Shown here: positions 11,574 to 24,499 of the stretch, one piece after another | How positions within the stretch are numbered: the first letter of the stretch is position 1 | Layout: every line of letters starts with the position of its first letter | Source: Neophaeotheca triangularis | Lineage: Eukaryota | Assembly: GCA_054600435.1 (NCBI GenBank) | Contig: BAAIJX010000015.1 | Location: 1-64,000, forward strand | Length of the DNA: 64,000 nt | Reading direction: 5' to 3' | Notes under the pieces: generated by a model | The model's database searches: none | What the model was told of the DNA's origin: nothing | Seen by the model: only the letters and a program-made list of their open reading frames with translations | Program-made: the position numbers and the translations under genes

Positions 11574-12863
11574 AAGGCAGAGTTCGCCGGTGCGAGCTCG
11601 GCAACTGGCCCCAGATCGCTCGGGATCACGGCTCGCAACGGACTGGTCACCTACTGCCGGGCCTGGAAAGACTGTTCCAAGGACACGAGTACTCTGGAGC
11701 TTCGTACGCGAAGTGTGGCCGACATCTTGGGAATACTCAGCAGCATCCTGAGGCATTCGAAGCTTGCTGGACGCCCGGCTTTGCAAACGGCTTAGAAGAC
11801 ATGGCAGTGCCATGTGGAAAGGCTCTTGCGGCGCTGCAGTAATTCTGCAATAACCGTCGCTTTTGCTTCTACCAACCAGCTTCGTCGCGCAAAGTATCCA
11901 TTTCAGAAGCCGGCGTTAAAGTCTCTCGAATTCAATTTGGACAATTCGCAAAGCGTCTTGAAGCTGGCGTTGATGACGCTTTAAATGTGAGCACAAAGAG
12001 TTCTGTAGAGTCATAGGTTTCACACTTGACTACCTACTAACTTATACAGGGATCTCTCTGAGCTCGTGTTGGAGCGAACTGAGAATCTTGATGTTCACCT
12101 CGCATTGGGTTTCTCTGGACTCAGCACTCGCGTGGACGCGATGCACGTACAGAGTATCGAGCCCCTACCAGTTCCGACGACTAAATGGGAGCCCCCCGAA
12201 GTTACATGAAGCTGATGACGACTGTTTATTGCTTGCCGCGACTGGTCCTCAATCCCTTCCTGAACGAAAAGTGCCAGAAACTACATTGAATATAGATAGA
12301 CCAGGGAGAGCGAATTCCAGGCTCTGTAGCTGTCGTCGTCAAGAGATGATCAGTCGAATATGGATCGCTCCCTGTTTCGACATCACCTTCCTGAGCTCGA
12401 GTCAGCACTCTCCAGGTTCTCGATATCATTCGACCGCAATCACAAGCAATACACTAGGCGTAACCGCACAGTTCCCGATCGGCTACCTCAACAGGCAAAT
12501 CGATCATGTATGCCTAGACACGGAATGCTGCTGGCTCGGTCTTGGACCGCAAGTTGGTCTATCGTAGGACCGTGGAGAACGCGCCTCGGGTATCCGCGTC
12601 CAAGCAAGCTCAAATGGAATCATATTCGTTCTCGGGGAATCAGGGGCCCCCGCGGAAGAAGATGCTTGACCTCCTCGGCAAAGGAGCATTGTGCCCTGGA
12701 GATGTCCATTCTCAGGGCTGCACCGCCATTCACGTATATTTCTCCCTTGCCTACGCGCCTAACAACCTCAACAGACTTGCTTACCCTTGCTTGCTTCGAT
12801 GCAAGTGCAATTATTCGCGTAGCAATTATTCCGTAGTGACGTTTGGCTAATCTTACCCCTCAG
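11574..12863 (+). pseudogene. Degenerate gene with a fungal HeLo-like/STAND N-terminal domain (ankyrin-associated family)
   Basis: Frame from 11574 reads (K)AEFAGASSATGPRSLGITARNGLVTYCRAWKDCSKD...RRAKYPFQKPALKSLEFNLDNSQSVLKLALMTL*. Later fragments: CSCRR..HSPGSRYH, TRNAAGSVLDRKLVYRRTV, LLGKGALCPGDVHSQGCTAIH. Multiple stops and frameshifts; a relic intron starts at 11987. Confidence 0.6.
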
Positions 12864-13443
12864 TAGGTACTCTACCGAGCGAACAATAATACGCTTTGCA
12901 GAAGAACTTTCAGGCCGAGGAACCATGTTTATTGCAAGACTGAAGCAGCAGCTCTCTCTGGCTCTCCGGGCTCACCCAAGCAGGCAGGCATAGATATTAA
13001 CGAGGTTTCGAACTCTGCGAGGTAAGGCATCCTTCGAGTGTGCATGCTGCTAACATACTCAGTAGAATACCGTTGGACCAAGTAATTTGTGACAGATGCG
13101 CCCTACTTTTTGGCGGGGATAAATGCTCAGCTCAGAAACGCCAGTAGAGCATTCACACGATTGCCAGAAGCGCAGAAGACGTCAGAGAGCATGCGCCAAG
13201 CGATGCATTGTTTACCAGTCAAGGAAGGCCTGGTCGAGTCGTAAATGGGGTCGGTTGAGGTATAATTCTCGCTCGATGAGATACTTGTACTTGAGATAGA
13301 ATCACGAGACACCACACTCATGGTGTTGTGGAACAGACACTGATCAAGGACAAAAGACATTTGCATTTGCATTTCATTCATACGTACATACATGAAGCAT
13401 CGTCCGCAGTAGCATACTGACTCCCAACACACGCTCTCGATTT

Positions 13444-15175
13444 TTAACCGAAGAGCGCATCGCCCAGCCTGATGCTGACGGTCTTGGTCTGTGGAAATGT
13501 CAGCAACAACTCCAATGATAGTCCAAGGAAAAGAGCGGGTAGTACTCACGTTGGTGTAGTTAGCAAGAGCGTCCTCACCCAACTCACGGCCGAGACCAGA
13601 CTCCTTGTAACCGCCAAACGGCAGCTGGTGGTGCAGGGTGTTGTAAGTGTTGACCCAGACGGTACCGGCCTTGAGGGCGTTGGAGACCTCGATGGCGGTG
13701 TTGAGGTTCTTGGTGTGCACGGCGGCGGCCAGGCCGTAGGTGGTGGCGTTGCCGACGCGGATGGCCTCCTCCTTGGTCTTGAACTTAGAGATGCTGCAGA
13801 CGGGGCCGAAAATCTCCTCTTGCACAATCTTCATGTCTTCGGTCACGTTGGAGAAGATGGTTGGCTCGATGAAGTAGCCGACGTCGCCCTTGCGCTTGCC
13901 GCCGGTTTCGACGGTCGCGCCGGCATCCTTGCCGTCTTGGATGTAGCTAGGAAGTGTGTCAGAGCGATTTCTCCGGGGCTATGAGGGGGATAGATTGGGC
14001 TTACTTCATGATACGGTCGAACTGCACCTGGGAGACCTGGGGGCCCTGGAAAGTGTCGGCCGCGAATGGGTCGCCAACAACGTTCTTCTGTGCCCTCTCC
14101 TTGAACCTCTGGACGAACTTGTCGTAGACACCCTCCTGCACGTAGACACGGCTGCCAGCGCAGCAGCACTGGCCGTGGTTGAAGAAGATACCAAAGTTGA
14201 CCCAGGAGATAGCGTTGTCGATGTCGGCGTCGTCGAAGACGATGTTGGGCGACTTGCCGCCCAATTCCAGTGTAACTTTTTTCTGTGGGAGTTGTCAGTC
14301 GTACCGCCCTAGCTTCCACACATAATGGTACAACTTACGAGGTTGGAGCCGGCAGCGGCCTTCATGATCTGCCTGCCGACAACGGTCGAACCAGTGAAGG
14401 CGACCTTGTCAACATCCATGTGGGCGGAGATGGCGGCACCGGCGACCTTGCCGAAACCAGAGATGACGTTGACGACACCAGGAGGGAAACCGGCCTCCTT
14501 GACAAGGCTGGCGGCCATCAAGGCACCGAGGGGGGTCTGCTCAGCAGACTTGAGGACGACAGTGTTACCGCAGGCGATGGCGGGACCGATCTTCCACGCC
14601 CACATAAGGAGGGGGAAGTTCCAAGGAATGATCTGACCGCAAACACCAATGGGCTCCTTCTTGATGTAGTTGAAGGTGTCGGGAGTAGTGTCGACAGTCT
14701 TGCCCTCGATCTTGTCGGCCCAGCCGCCGTAGTAGCGCAGGCAGCCCGCTGCCATGCCAATGTCAACCTTGGCCATGGAGACGGCCTTGCCGTTGTCGAG
14801 GGCCTCGACGCCGGCGAGGAGGTCAATGTTCTTCTCAAAGAGCTCCGAGAGCTTCACGAGCAGTCTGCCGCGGTTCTCGGGTGTCTCCTTCCGCCACGGG
14901 CCCTCGAAGGCCTTGCGGGCGGCGGATACTGCAATGTCGACATCCTTCTCGGTAGCCTCGTGGACGGAGCAAATGACCTTTTCGTTGGATGGGTTGATAA
15001 CCTCGAAGGTCTTGCCGTCTACTCCTTTGACGAACTCATTGTTGATGAAACTGCAGGCATACTGTCAGTCTCGCAGTCCTTGGAGGTGGGAGAAGACATT
15101 GGAGGGGATGGCTTACAGGCCCGTCTGCTGCTCGTACTTGCCGGTGTGCGGCGTCTCAATAGATACAGTGCTCAT
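13444..15175 (-). CDS. aldA: NAD-dependent aldehyde dehydrogenase (AldA/Cla h 10-like), multi-exon
   Basis: [46 protein letters not shown], catalytic [15 protein letters not shown] and C-terminal [12 protein letters not shown]. Confidence 0.95.
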
Positions 15176-16971
15176 GATGTCTGGTTTTTCTGGTTTTTGT
15201 GTGTTTTGGGGGGTATCTCAAAAGTGGAATGGAAAGTAGGAAAGACGAAAGTAACGGCAGAGACGAGGTCGGTAAAGGGTTAAAGAAGTAGCATGGGCTC
15301 GGCAATGAACCAAGTGGGGTTATGATTATGAAGTAAGACCCCTCCCTCCCTCCCCAAGCCGTAACTTACTACTAGTACTGCCTCTTAGCCTCTGCCGTGT
15401 GCTGAGACGATTCCACAATTTAATAATAATTCCCATCTTGTCTCAGGCATCCACCATCCATGCTCGGGTCAAAGCCATGAGATGATGGTGCACCTGTGGT
15501 AACGTTAGTGCTATTTAGCTCCGTTACGCTCTCATCTACATGAGTAGACGGCGTAAGCTGGGTGAGGCTTGCGGTCTTCCCTTTGCCCATGGCATGACCA
15601 GATTCTCTTCCACCTCGCGCCACTACAAAATCTCCGCTCGTCCATGATGATGAGACGACGACCATTGGACAGACCTCAACGTCTCATCTCGAGCGAGCTC
15701 TGCCTCCTCCTTCTTCCTAGCAGTAAGTAGTTCGGGGATTGGTCCTCGGTGTTGCGGTTGGCGTTTGGTGGGGGGGAAATTGTTGGAGCTCCACACTGCG
15801 GGGAGAGCTGTTGCCGTGGATTCTGTGATTGTACCTCCTTTTTGCCCCCTGGTCCGTGGAGCAGGGCACGAATGCTCTGCGTCTGGAACGAAGCCACATC
15901 ATCGAGTAAGTGTCGGCCCACAGTATACCTTAGGTGCTACTGCTGAACAAACAGCTGGGAGGTCGCCTGAAGTTCGCCACTAACTTAAAAACTTCCTTCC
16001 TTCATTCAAGTTACACCGACTGTCCACATGCTCCGGGTCAATGTTAGGCCTCCCGTCGCTCGCGCTCGCGAGAAACAGCGAGGGCGAGGTCAGCAATGAC
16101 GCCAGCCTCGGTGTCTTTTCGCGCGAGCTTTGTGGACTGCGCCCAGCCGCCTAGCGCGGGCTTCCAGAGCACAGCGTACATATCTTTATGCAGCAGGCTT
16201 TCTGACCTTAAGCTTTCCGTCTTCCTGGGCTCTCTGCTAGATGCAGCTCGAGCGGCCAGGATCGGCGTAGCGGATGTGGTAGACAGGGACCTGGTAGGAC
16301 CATGTTAAGGTAGGAGTAGTGGTAGGATTCTTGAGGGGTATATCTTTGACCATCCTAGCTCGGGGAAAGCCTATTGCTGAGCTATGAGCTGCTGCCGTGC
16401 TCCTCTCAGAGCATGAACGGTCACGGGCTGCAGCTCGGGGCGGAGGGCAAGAGGGGCAGAAGCAAGTAATTACAAATAAAGCACCTGGAGGGCCTGAGAT
16501 GGAAATCGCTAACCTGATGAAAAGTATCAGGGCGCCTGATATGGCCGGCAGAAACTTGAGGATGCGAAAGAAAGGTTGAGCCCGGGATGACAATCAAAAA
16601 GGGCACCGAAGAGGGTTGGCAAGATTGGTGAGTCGAGTACAGTAAATTGAAGATTTTCATTCATATCAAAGCAAGCAGAAATAGCAACTATATATAGCGG
16701 TCTAAGTGTTGCTCCAAGGAAATAAAACCCAAGGTGATGTGAGACTGAGATGGAAGAATGTTAGCACTGTTCAGGAAAGACTGTTATCGTTCATTGCTCG
16801 ATAGCTATGATTAAGAGCTCGTGGAAACTCATACTCAGAACCGTATCCCCCCCAACGCCGTCGCTCCCCACTGAGATGTTGATGGTATCGCGAGTCGAAA
16901 GTAGGCCGTCGGACAGTCAAGTCAATGGCCTGTGATCGAGCTCAGATGGTTGTTGGTTGTTGGTCAACGGT

Positions 16972-18650
16972 TTAGGACGCAATGTCCATCTCGCCGCCGC
17001 CGTTGGTGGAGGTGGTGGCTCCGTTGGTGACACCGTTGCCGTTCTCCGCACCACCCGCCTGGTAGTCCAACATCTCCTGATCCAACTCCTCGATGGTCTT
17101 GGGCTTGGGACGTCCGGCGCGACCAGACCTGCCTTTCTTGCCCTCGGCCTTCTTCTTCTCGTCACCCTTGGCGGCACCCTTGCGGGCACCGGCCTTGCCA
17201 GCGGCGCTGGTCTTGGGGGCACTGAGGTGGTTGTTAGCTTGACCTCATTTTCGTTGCGGAACGAGGGTGTTGACTTACACGATGCGGTCGGCGAGCGACT
17301 TGGCAGCTTCGGCCTGGAGAGTGTTGGCGTCGACGAGAGCTTCGATCTGCCCAAATGTTAGCAAGCGATCGCAAATACCGAAACGGCGCCAAACTTAAGC
17401 GTACCTTGAGGAGGCGGCCGTCAATCTTAGTGCCGGCGATGTTGTCCATAGCCTTCTGAGCGCCCTCCTGGTCCTTGAAGGTGACAGTGGCGGAACCACG
17501 CGACTTGCCGTTGGGTCCGTAGGCGAGTTCGATCCTCTTGACGGAGCCAGCAGTTCTGTTGATGTAGGCCTGATAAATAGGATTGTTAGTAAGTCAGTCG
17601 CACATCGGTTGTATGCGTTCGGAATCGTGTGATGCAGTGCGCGAAAGACAAGGAGTCAGTACAGAGCAGCAGTACAGTGTTGGCGCGGCGCAGCGGTCAA
17701 GCAAGAGGTCAGCGAGCGAGCGAGCGAGAGGCCACGAGGGTACGAGAAGCCGAAATGCGCACAAAAGCACCATCGATGCCGCGTTCCCAATTCCAGTTCC
17801 TCGTCGGAGAGTCGAGTTCAAGAGCAGAGATAAGGCTTCAAGGCGCCAGAGCGCTACTGTAATTCCCGCCAGTAGCCAGGCACTGATAGGTAGCGCGCCA
17901 ATCGACTCTTGCAGCCAGAGTACCCAAGGTCGTACGTAGGTGGCAGTCTCGATACCAAATTGCTCTGCTCTTGATGGGCGCTCTGCCACTGCTCGCTGAC
18001 CTCCAACGTTGTTGGATGCCATATTCCTATGAGTCACGGTCTGCTTGCCCATGCAGCCATATGTGCTCTCATCAACCTTCAGTCTGCTTTCCCATGCAGC
18101 TGAAAGAATGATTTGAAGTTCTTGGTCTGATTGCCCATACCACCGGGAGTTCTGTCAAATATATTCTCCCTCAGATCCAAGACTTCCGGAGCTCAGAGCG
18201 ATGCAGGTTGTCCGCGCGTCGGAAATGCGATCTACTCATCGTAGCCCCTTGCTGGCACCGACGCCAGCACTGATACTGACACTGCAGTACCCATGTGCAA
18301 ATGAAAAGGCTTGATGGAATGGTATCCGAGCAAGCCCCTTCCGCGAAATCCAAAGTGTGCGACTATGGTTGTGCGTGGAATCGTTCCGCTGAACGTACCT
18401 CGATATCTTTGGCGGCGACGTCAGTCGGGAAGCCGGACATCATGACCTTCGAGCCAGCGGCGCGAGTCGAAGAAGATGGGCCAGTGGGCACCTTAGCGGT
18501 AGGCTTCCTGGCGCTGGACTTCTTCGCGACACCTCCAGCTGGTCCGGCAGGAGCAGCACGAGTGGCACGACCGGGGCGGCTGCGGCGCTGAGTGCGCGGA
18601 GCACCCTTGGGGCGCGATGAGGCGATGATGGCGTCGAGAGATTGATCCAT
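16972..18650 (-). CDS. YRA1: mRNA export adaptor Yra1/ALYREF (REF-N, RRM, REF-C), 4 exons
   Basis: MDQSLDAII (REF-N), RRM AYGPNGKSRGSATVTF, C-terminal PKTIEELDQEMLDY. First intron 17570-18398 (829 nt) with TACTAAC. Confidence 0.92.
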
Positions 18651-19203
18651 TGTGATGGTGGATGAAGTGTTGATGTTGATGTGAGTTGTTGGTGGTTTGG
18701 AGGGATTCGTTGGTCGAGAGATGAGTGTGTTGTCGCGAAAGAAGGTCGATAGTTGGTGAGTTGTGGTGGAGAAAGTGTTATGGTGAGGTTCGGATGGCTT
18801 GGAAAGAGTGATTGCCTAAGCAAGTTCACTCAAAAGGAGGGCTGAAGTCGCGATTGCGCGCGTGAAGTGCGCAAGACTCAAGTGTCGGCGCGGTTGAAAG
18901 GTACCTTGGCTGGTGACCGTGGCGAACGGAAGGGATGGACTTGAAGTGAAGTGAAGGAATTGGCTGTCTTCCGACTGTGGTATGGGTGTGTCGGTTGTTG
19001 AAGGGGCAGAAGGAGAGGGAGACGCGGGAACGTGAGAGCAAGCAAGCAATGGAACTTGGAAGACGGCAACGTGGCTCGTGCCTCGTGACTGACTTGCAAA
19101 AGTCATGGGACAGTGCGTCACGTGTTGGACCAAGCACATTCACGGATGTCTACATAAACACTTCACAGTGGGATTCCTTACATTCTCAACTTCTGCCAGC
19201 AAA

Positions 19204-20139
19204 ATGGCAAGAGACGAAGACAGTTCAGATGACGAACAGTCCTTCAAGTCGTTCAGTGATGAGGATGCGACCCCCGACGCAACGTCTCAGGGAAGAAGCG
19301 AGGACAGCGAAACAATCAAACAACGCGATATCACCTCGAAAACGGGATCTTCTCGAGTAGAGATCCCTCGCTTCTTTCCAGAGGAGGAAACATCCCTCTT
19401 GCAAAGCTCAAACGAGCAGAAAGCCTCGGCCAACGCTCTGTTCGGCACCGGCAGTTACGAAAACGCCATCCAGACCTACGACCGTGCCCTCGCGTCTTGT
19501 CCAAACTACTTGGACTACGAGCTCGCTGTGCTGCGATCTAACATCGCCGCATGCCATCTCAAGCTTGAGGTATGGAAGGAGGCCATTGAGGCTGCCACCA
19601 AGGGGTTGGAATGCCTCGAACGACTGGAGCCGTTGCCGACGCCCAAGGTCAAGGGGCAGAAGGAAGGAGCTAATGGGGTGCTGGCTGAGCACGAAGATGA
19701 GCATAACGGCATCGAAGAAGTCGATGATGAGGCGGAGGAGAGGATTGAGCGGTTGAAGAAGAGTGGGAAGACACTGGACGAGGTGCGGAAGTTGCAGGTG
19801 AAAGTGCTCATGCGGAGGGCAAAGGCGAAGATGGAGAAGGGAGGGTGGGCTGAGCTGCAAGGCGCCGACGAAGACTACAGGGTGCTGCTTGAGCCTTCGA
19901 TGGCGCGTGTCTTGTCTGCTGCTGACAGAAGAACAATCACTGAATCTGCTAGGAAGCTGGCGCCGAGATTGAATGAGGCGAAAGACAAGGAGATGGCTGA
20001 GATGATGGGTAAGCTCAAGGGGCTAGGAAACAGCATCTTGAGTCCGTTTGGCTTGAGCACGGACAACTTCCAGTTCGTCCAGGACGAGAAGACGGGTGGC
20101 TATAGTATGAACTTCAACCAAGGGCCGACGAAGAAGTGA
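19204..20139 (+). CDS. Tetratricopeptide repeat protein 1 (TTC1-like)
   Basis: TPR helices (ANALFGTGSYENAIQTYDRAL, LRSNIAACHLKL) and the TTC1 C-terminus EMMGKLKGLGNSILSPFGLSTDNFQFVQDEKTGGYSMNF. ATG in AAAATGG context. Confidence 0.88.
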   Translation: MARDEDSSDDEQSFKSFSDEDATPDATSQGRSEDSETIKQRDITSKTGSSRVEIPRFFPEEETSLLQSSNEQKASANALFGTGSYENAIQTYDRALASCPNYLDYELAVLRSNIAACHLKLEVWKEAIEAATKGLECLERLEPLPTPKVKGQKEGANGVLAEHEDEHNGIEEVDDEAEERIERLKKSGKTLDEVRKLQVKVLMRRAKAKMEKGGWAELQGADEDYRVLLEPSMARVLSAADRRTITESARKLAPRLNEAKDKEMAEMMGKLKGLGNSILSPFGLSTDNFQFVQDEKTGGYSMNFNQGPTKK

Positions 20140-22122
20140 GCGACCCGGTACACATCGAGACTTCTTTACAATCACGGGCTAGGCTAGGCTACTTAGGTCG
20201 GATTGTGAAAAGCGGCATGGGATACATATGCGGCTACATGTGTATGGCCCGTACCAGTATTCGGTCCAATGTCCGCATACACAGTCGCGTGCGACAAGGC
20301 GGTCAACAGCGGTACCGCAGCACGCCTCCTGATACATCCCACGGCGCGGGAACCGAGCGTTGCACAGGAGACATTCCAACTTCATAAGTTGAAGCGGACC
20401 ATCGTAGCTTCTGAGCAGATCGATGGTTTCTAATGATACATAACGAGAGAGCAGCAACGTGGAACGACGCTTCATCGAGTAGCCAAATGCGGTTGAACGC
20501 TGCATCCTTCCCTCTGCATGAACGTCTCAAGATCAACAATCATGCTGACGTCCCGTACTCGATTCGTTGAATCGTGAATAGTAGAGGTGCACAGCCTCGA
20601 AGCGGACTCAGAATGGTCTTGGGGTGCGTACGTACCTACCACGAATCATTACCTACCCATTGTCCCTTTTCTAGTTTTCGTATGCATTTCTGTATTGCGA
20701 AGGAAGATGAATAAATGTCGAGCCTGGAGCTCACGCACGAGGGCCCACGACGTAGTTGGCGCGCCACCCGATGTCGCTTGGAGAGGGCTAGAACTTCTTG
20801 GGTCGGCGGTCTGGTGCTCTATCAAAAGGATGTCGCCACCAACAGTACACACAAATGTACGCGCATCATGGAGCTCCAGTCCAACGGTAAACTGCCAGCT
20901 AGGCAGTAGGATAAGGTATGCGTATGGTAAATGTTGTGCGAAAGCGACAGCTCGCGAACACTGAGCAAGGTACTCTAGAGTAAGTTACTGAAGCCGCGTC
21001 ACAGCATACCTATTGATAGCAGTGGGAGGATGAGGTTGATGCGACTCATCACTTAGTACTAGGTAAGGTTCACATTTCACACGATGGATGCCTCCGGATG
21101 CTCTTGTGCTCTCGACTCTGGAGCCTGCGGGTGGCCGTGAACCACAACTCGGCTGTTTCGGCAGACGCTCGTGACGCCGCCCACGCCGCCGCCTTCCAGA
21201 AGAACGAGGCGAGCTGTCACCCCGCGATCAACGGAAGCCACAGGGTCTTGGTGAGGCTCCTCCAAGGATCCATGGATCGGTCGTTCCTTTGCGATCAGCG
21301 CATTGCAGTGCCGATGAGAGTAAGCCCGGTAGTACAGTACTTACCTACCTACGCTACGGCAGGTAAATATCAATGGTATTTTCCGAACACCTCCAACAGT
21401 ATCCCACTGGTGCTGCGATTGTTATGACTGCGAAATTTCTGCAACACCTTCGATGCCCGTCGCACCAGCGATCGAAGGTGTTGCAGGAGAGAGACGTGGA
21501 CCTTCTCGGGCAGTGCTCGGGTAACGCAAAGTAGTTTCCACGGCGATGTTCGGCGATGCAGTTTCTGCCGGCTTGCAGACAAGCAACGACAGCACGGCCA
21601 ATGACAGTAGGTAAAGGTACTGTAGGTTCAGCTTCTTGGAGACGGCGCAGGTGACAAGATTCTCGGGGATGCGGTGCCGTTGACTTATTACCCTACGGCC
21701 TTCGCGTCGGGCTTCCCTCGCTCTCCGATCACCGCATTTCGACCTTGGCCATTTTTGCGCGTCACCCAGACACTCGTCACTTTTCGTGTGCGTTTGCGTG
21801 TGTTTGTGGAGGCGCGGCGGGCGCACCGCCGCTCGCACGTGGTTGGCTTTGTTTGGTTCTCTTAATACTAATGTAGCTTGTGATCCCTCGTCTCTACTCC
21901 TTTGGCGACCTTGCGGGTTTCGGTTTCAGAGCTGTTTCTATCTGGCACACCACCACCTTCGCCTACCTATCCGACTTCACCTTGCTACAGAAGAGCTCAC
22001 GTATCTCACGCGAACCTCTCCGACTCACGACCAAATCAACCACCGCATCACTCCCAAGCCCACAAGCTCGATCAACATACACACCGGCCCCCATATACAA
22101 TTCCTCCTTCAAATCCACCAAC

Positions 22123-22380
22123 ATGACGACTTCCAAATTCGTTGAAATCCTCGACACCTCCGACACGCCTTACTCGTTGGACAATGTGTCGCTCGAGGAC
22201 GTTCTAGCTGAAACCCGCCAACGCTCCGCCTCGGCCAGCAGTACAAACAGCACGGCGTCTTCGTCGACGAGATCCGAATGCACATCCCCGATCAGGAGCC
22301 CGACGGAATCAACGACGAACGTCCCTCAGCCCGTAAAGACGAGGTTGCGCGCTTTCTCGCTCAAGAGGAACAAGAGCTGA
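22123..22380 (+). CDS. Small Ser-rich hypothetical protein (85 aa)
   Basis: ATG in CAACATG context after a C/A-rich leader; MTTSKFVEILD...VSLEDVLAE...RLRAFSLKRNKS. Confidence 0.7.
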   Translation: MTTSKFVEILDTSDTPYSLDNVSLEDVLAETRQRSASASSTNSTASSSTRSECTSPIRSPTESTTNVPQPVKTRLRAFSLKRNKS

Positions 22381-23223
22381 AATACTGTCGGGGCAGTATA
22401 GGAATCACGATCCGACGAACCGACGAGATGTTTTACGATAGCTAGGAAGAATTACCGAGGGCCATGAACGAGGCTATGGGCATGGATGAACGATCATCGC
22501 CTCGTGGGCGAAGTTGGAAGCGACAGATCAACGTCCACCATGCGATCACCATGACAGCGAAGCAACTACCGGCGGGCGGCATTGAGGCACACGATAGATT
22601 CCAAACCGAAGGATCTTTAGCTGGATAGCATGGCAACAACGCGGACTGCTTCCGAGAAGTATGTCGGGCGCTGGGGTGGACGAGCATCACTGAGCGGCAT
22701 AGTGAGGTTTTGGTGCGACAGCCTTCTGCCCAGTCACGGTTTGCGTGGGCGCGAAAGAAGGTCAAGCGGACTTGTAGCACTGGGTCAAACTGAAGACGAG
22801 GAGGGTAGGGAACGAATGGTATCAAGACATGGGTTTGAAGTCGAATGTATTCAGAAAATGCAGTGACTCATTCATTCATGCTATTTACCCATTTACGTGA
22901 TCCGGATATTCAATTCAATCATGTCGCTTTAGTAGTGAAACTATGTTGCTCTAGCTTCTACATAGCAACATCACCTCTTGCAAACAGAATTCACAAAGAG
23001 CGTGAACAAACCTTTACATATGACCAATTTGAACAGACAGGGCCAAGTGATTTTCATCATGCTCTCGGAGTAATAAACAAACAGCTCCGATAACGGAAGC
23101 TAAACCAAACACTAGCCCTAACCAAGCTCGACTTCCCAAAGGGGATGATGCGCCGCCACACCCATCTCGACTTCCTCGACTTCAGCAAAGAGAGTCAAAC
23201 AGATCGAGCAGCAGTGCAATGAG

Positions 23224-23686
23224 ATGAGACCCTCCGGCGCGCTGTTCGCGCGTTCTGTGTGGAAAGGTAAGACCAGTCAGCAAAGTCAACTCGATGAATA
23301 TCACTAACAATGCCTACAGGACCACACATCGTCCCGTACGCCCACCACCACCCAGCCTTCCCACTAACACGCTCCGAAGCCCCAACTGACACGCCACAGT
23401 CTCCCAATCGTCCGACCAAAACCCGGCCAAAAACCTCCTCCCATCAAGACGCAAGCGAGAAGCGCGACTATTCTTCCCAACTTCGTGGGCTTGGTTTTCC
23501 AAGTCCATAACGGCAAGATCTACAACGATGTCGTTATCACTGAGGATATGGTGGGCCATAAGCTTGGAGAGTTTTCATCGTGAGTTGTGATGGTGAGGCT
23601 GCGTGCGAGTGGGAATTCTGTGGCTGATACTGGAGGGTTTCAGGACGAGGAAGCGCTTCTCGTATAAGATGACGAAGAACAAGTAG
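23224..23686 (+). CDS. RSM19: Mitochondrial ribosomal protein uS19m, 4 exons
   Basis: Spliced: [26 protein letters not shown]...[58 protein letters not shown]. Confidence 0.93.
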
Positions 23687-24499
23687 TTGTGGTGTTGTTT
23701 ATCTGTCGCTGCGTGGCGCCTTGAAACGACGCAGACGCTTGCAAGATCGAATTAAGATGGAGGCGAAATTGCTTGCTCATCGAGACGCTGGAAAGCAAAG
23801 CGGCGCAAGGTGCTCGATCTCGAAGAGCCCTAGAGTGCAGCATGGAGGGAGCCAAGAGTCGGGAGCTGAGATACCCTTGGAGAGAACAGTCAATATAGAC
23901 TCGAATGCAAGATACGCGAAGACTTCCAAGGTTGACACCAAGCTCGATTCAGGTACACTTAGGTTGCAAGTACCTGGGCAGCACCTGGAAATATTTCGTA
24001 CACTATTTCTCTGGCGCAGTACTGCGTTCCTGCCAACGGTTCTTCGGGCCCACAAATGCTCCTGCAACCACTCTACTACCTTGCTCTTGCGAAGAACAAT
24101 GGCTGCTCCTGCAATCACGAACAGGGGGCTGTGCAAACAGCTACAGTGCAGTGGGTAAGGTATGTCAACTTCCGTTTTCTCACAACAGTCTTCCTCGGAC
24201 AACAACACCATTCTCGTCGCCCACACATTCGCTTGCAATCACTGCAGTCTCGCTCTTCACATTTCCACCCACGAGCCATTGTCAACTCTTTCTACACTCT
24301 TTTGCTCGTTCCTTTTCTTCTGCCGTCGTGACCAATCCAACTCGCCTCAGAGAACGGTCGAGTGAAGCAGTAAGTCTCACCCTTCATCTCACGTCATTAT
24401 ATTATGCTAACAAGCAACCAGACCGATCGAAACCCCTCGAACCTCCCCATCGCGAAATAATACAACGGAGCCTGCACTACCCCCTCCGTCGACCGGTCG

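Noticed and set aside
14285..15283. Long antisense ORFs (e.g. 332 aa opposite aldA, 278 aa opposite PRMT5)
   Set aside because: Shadow ORFs caused by strong codon bias on the coding strand.
15649..15690. GATGAGACG/CGTCTCATC stem next to TGATGA (box C-like) upstream of aldA
   Set aside because: No suitably placed box D; a single 9-bp stem can occur by chance.
16237..16660. Purine-rich, coding-like short ORFs between aldA and YRA1
   Set aside because: Stops in all frames and no recognisable family.
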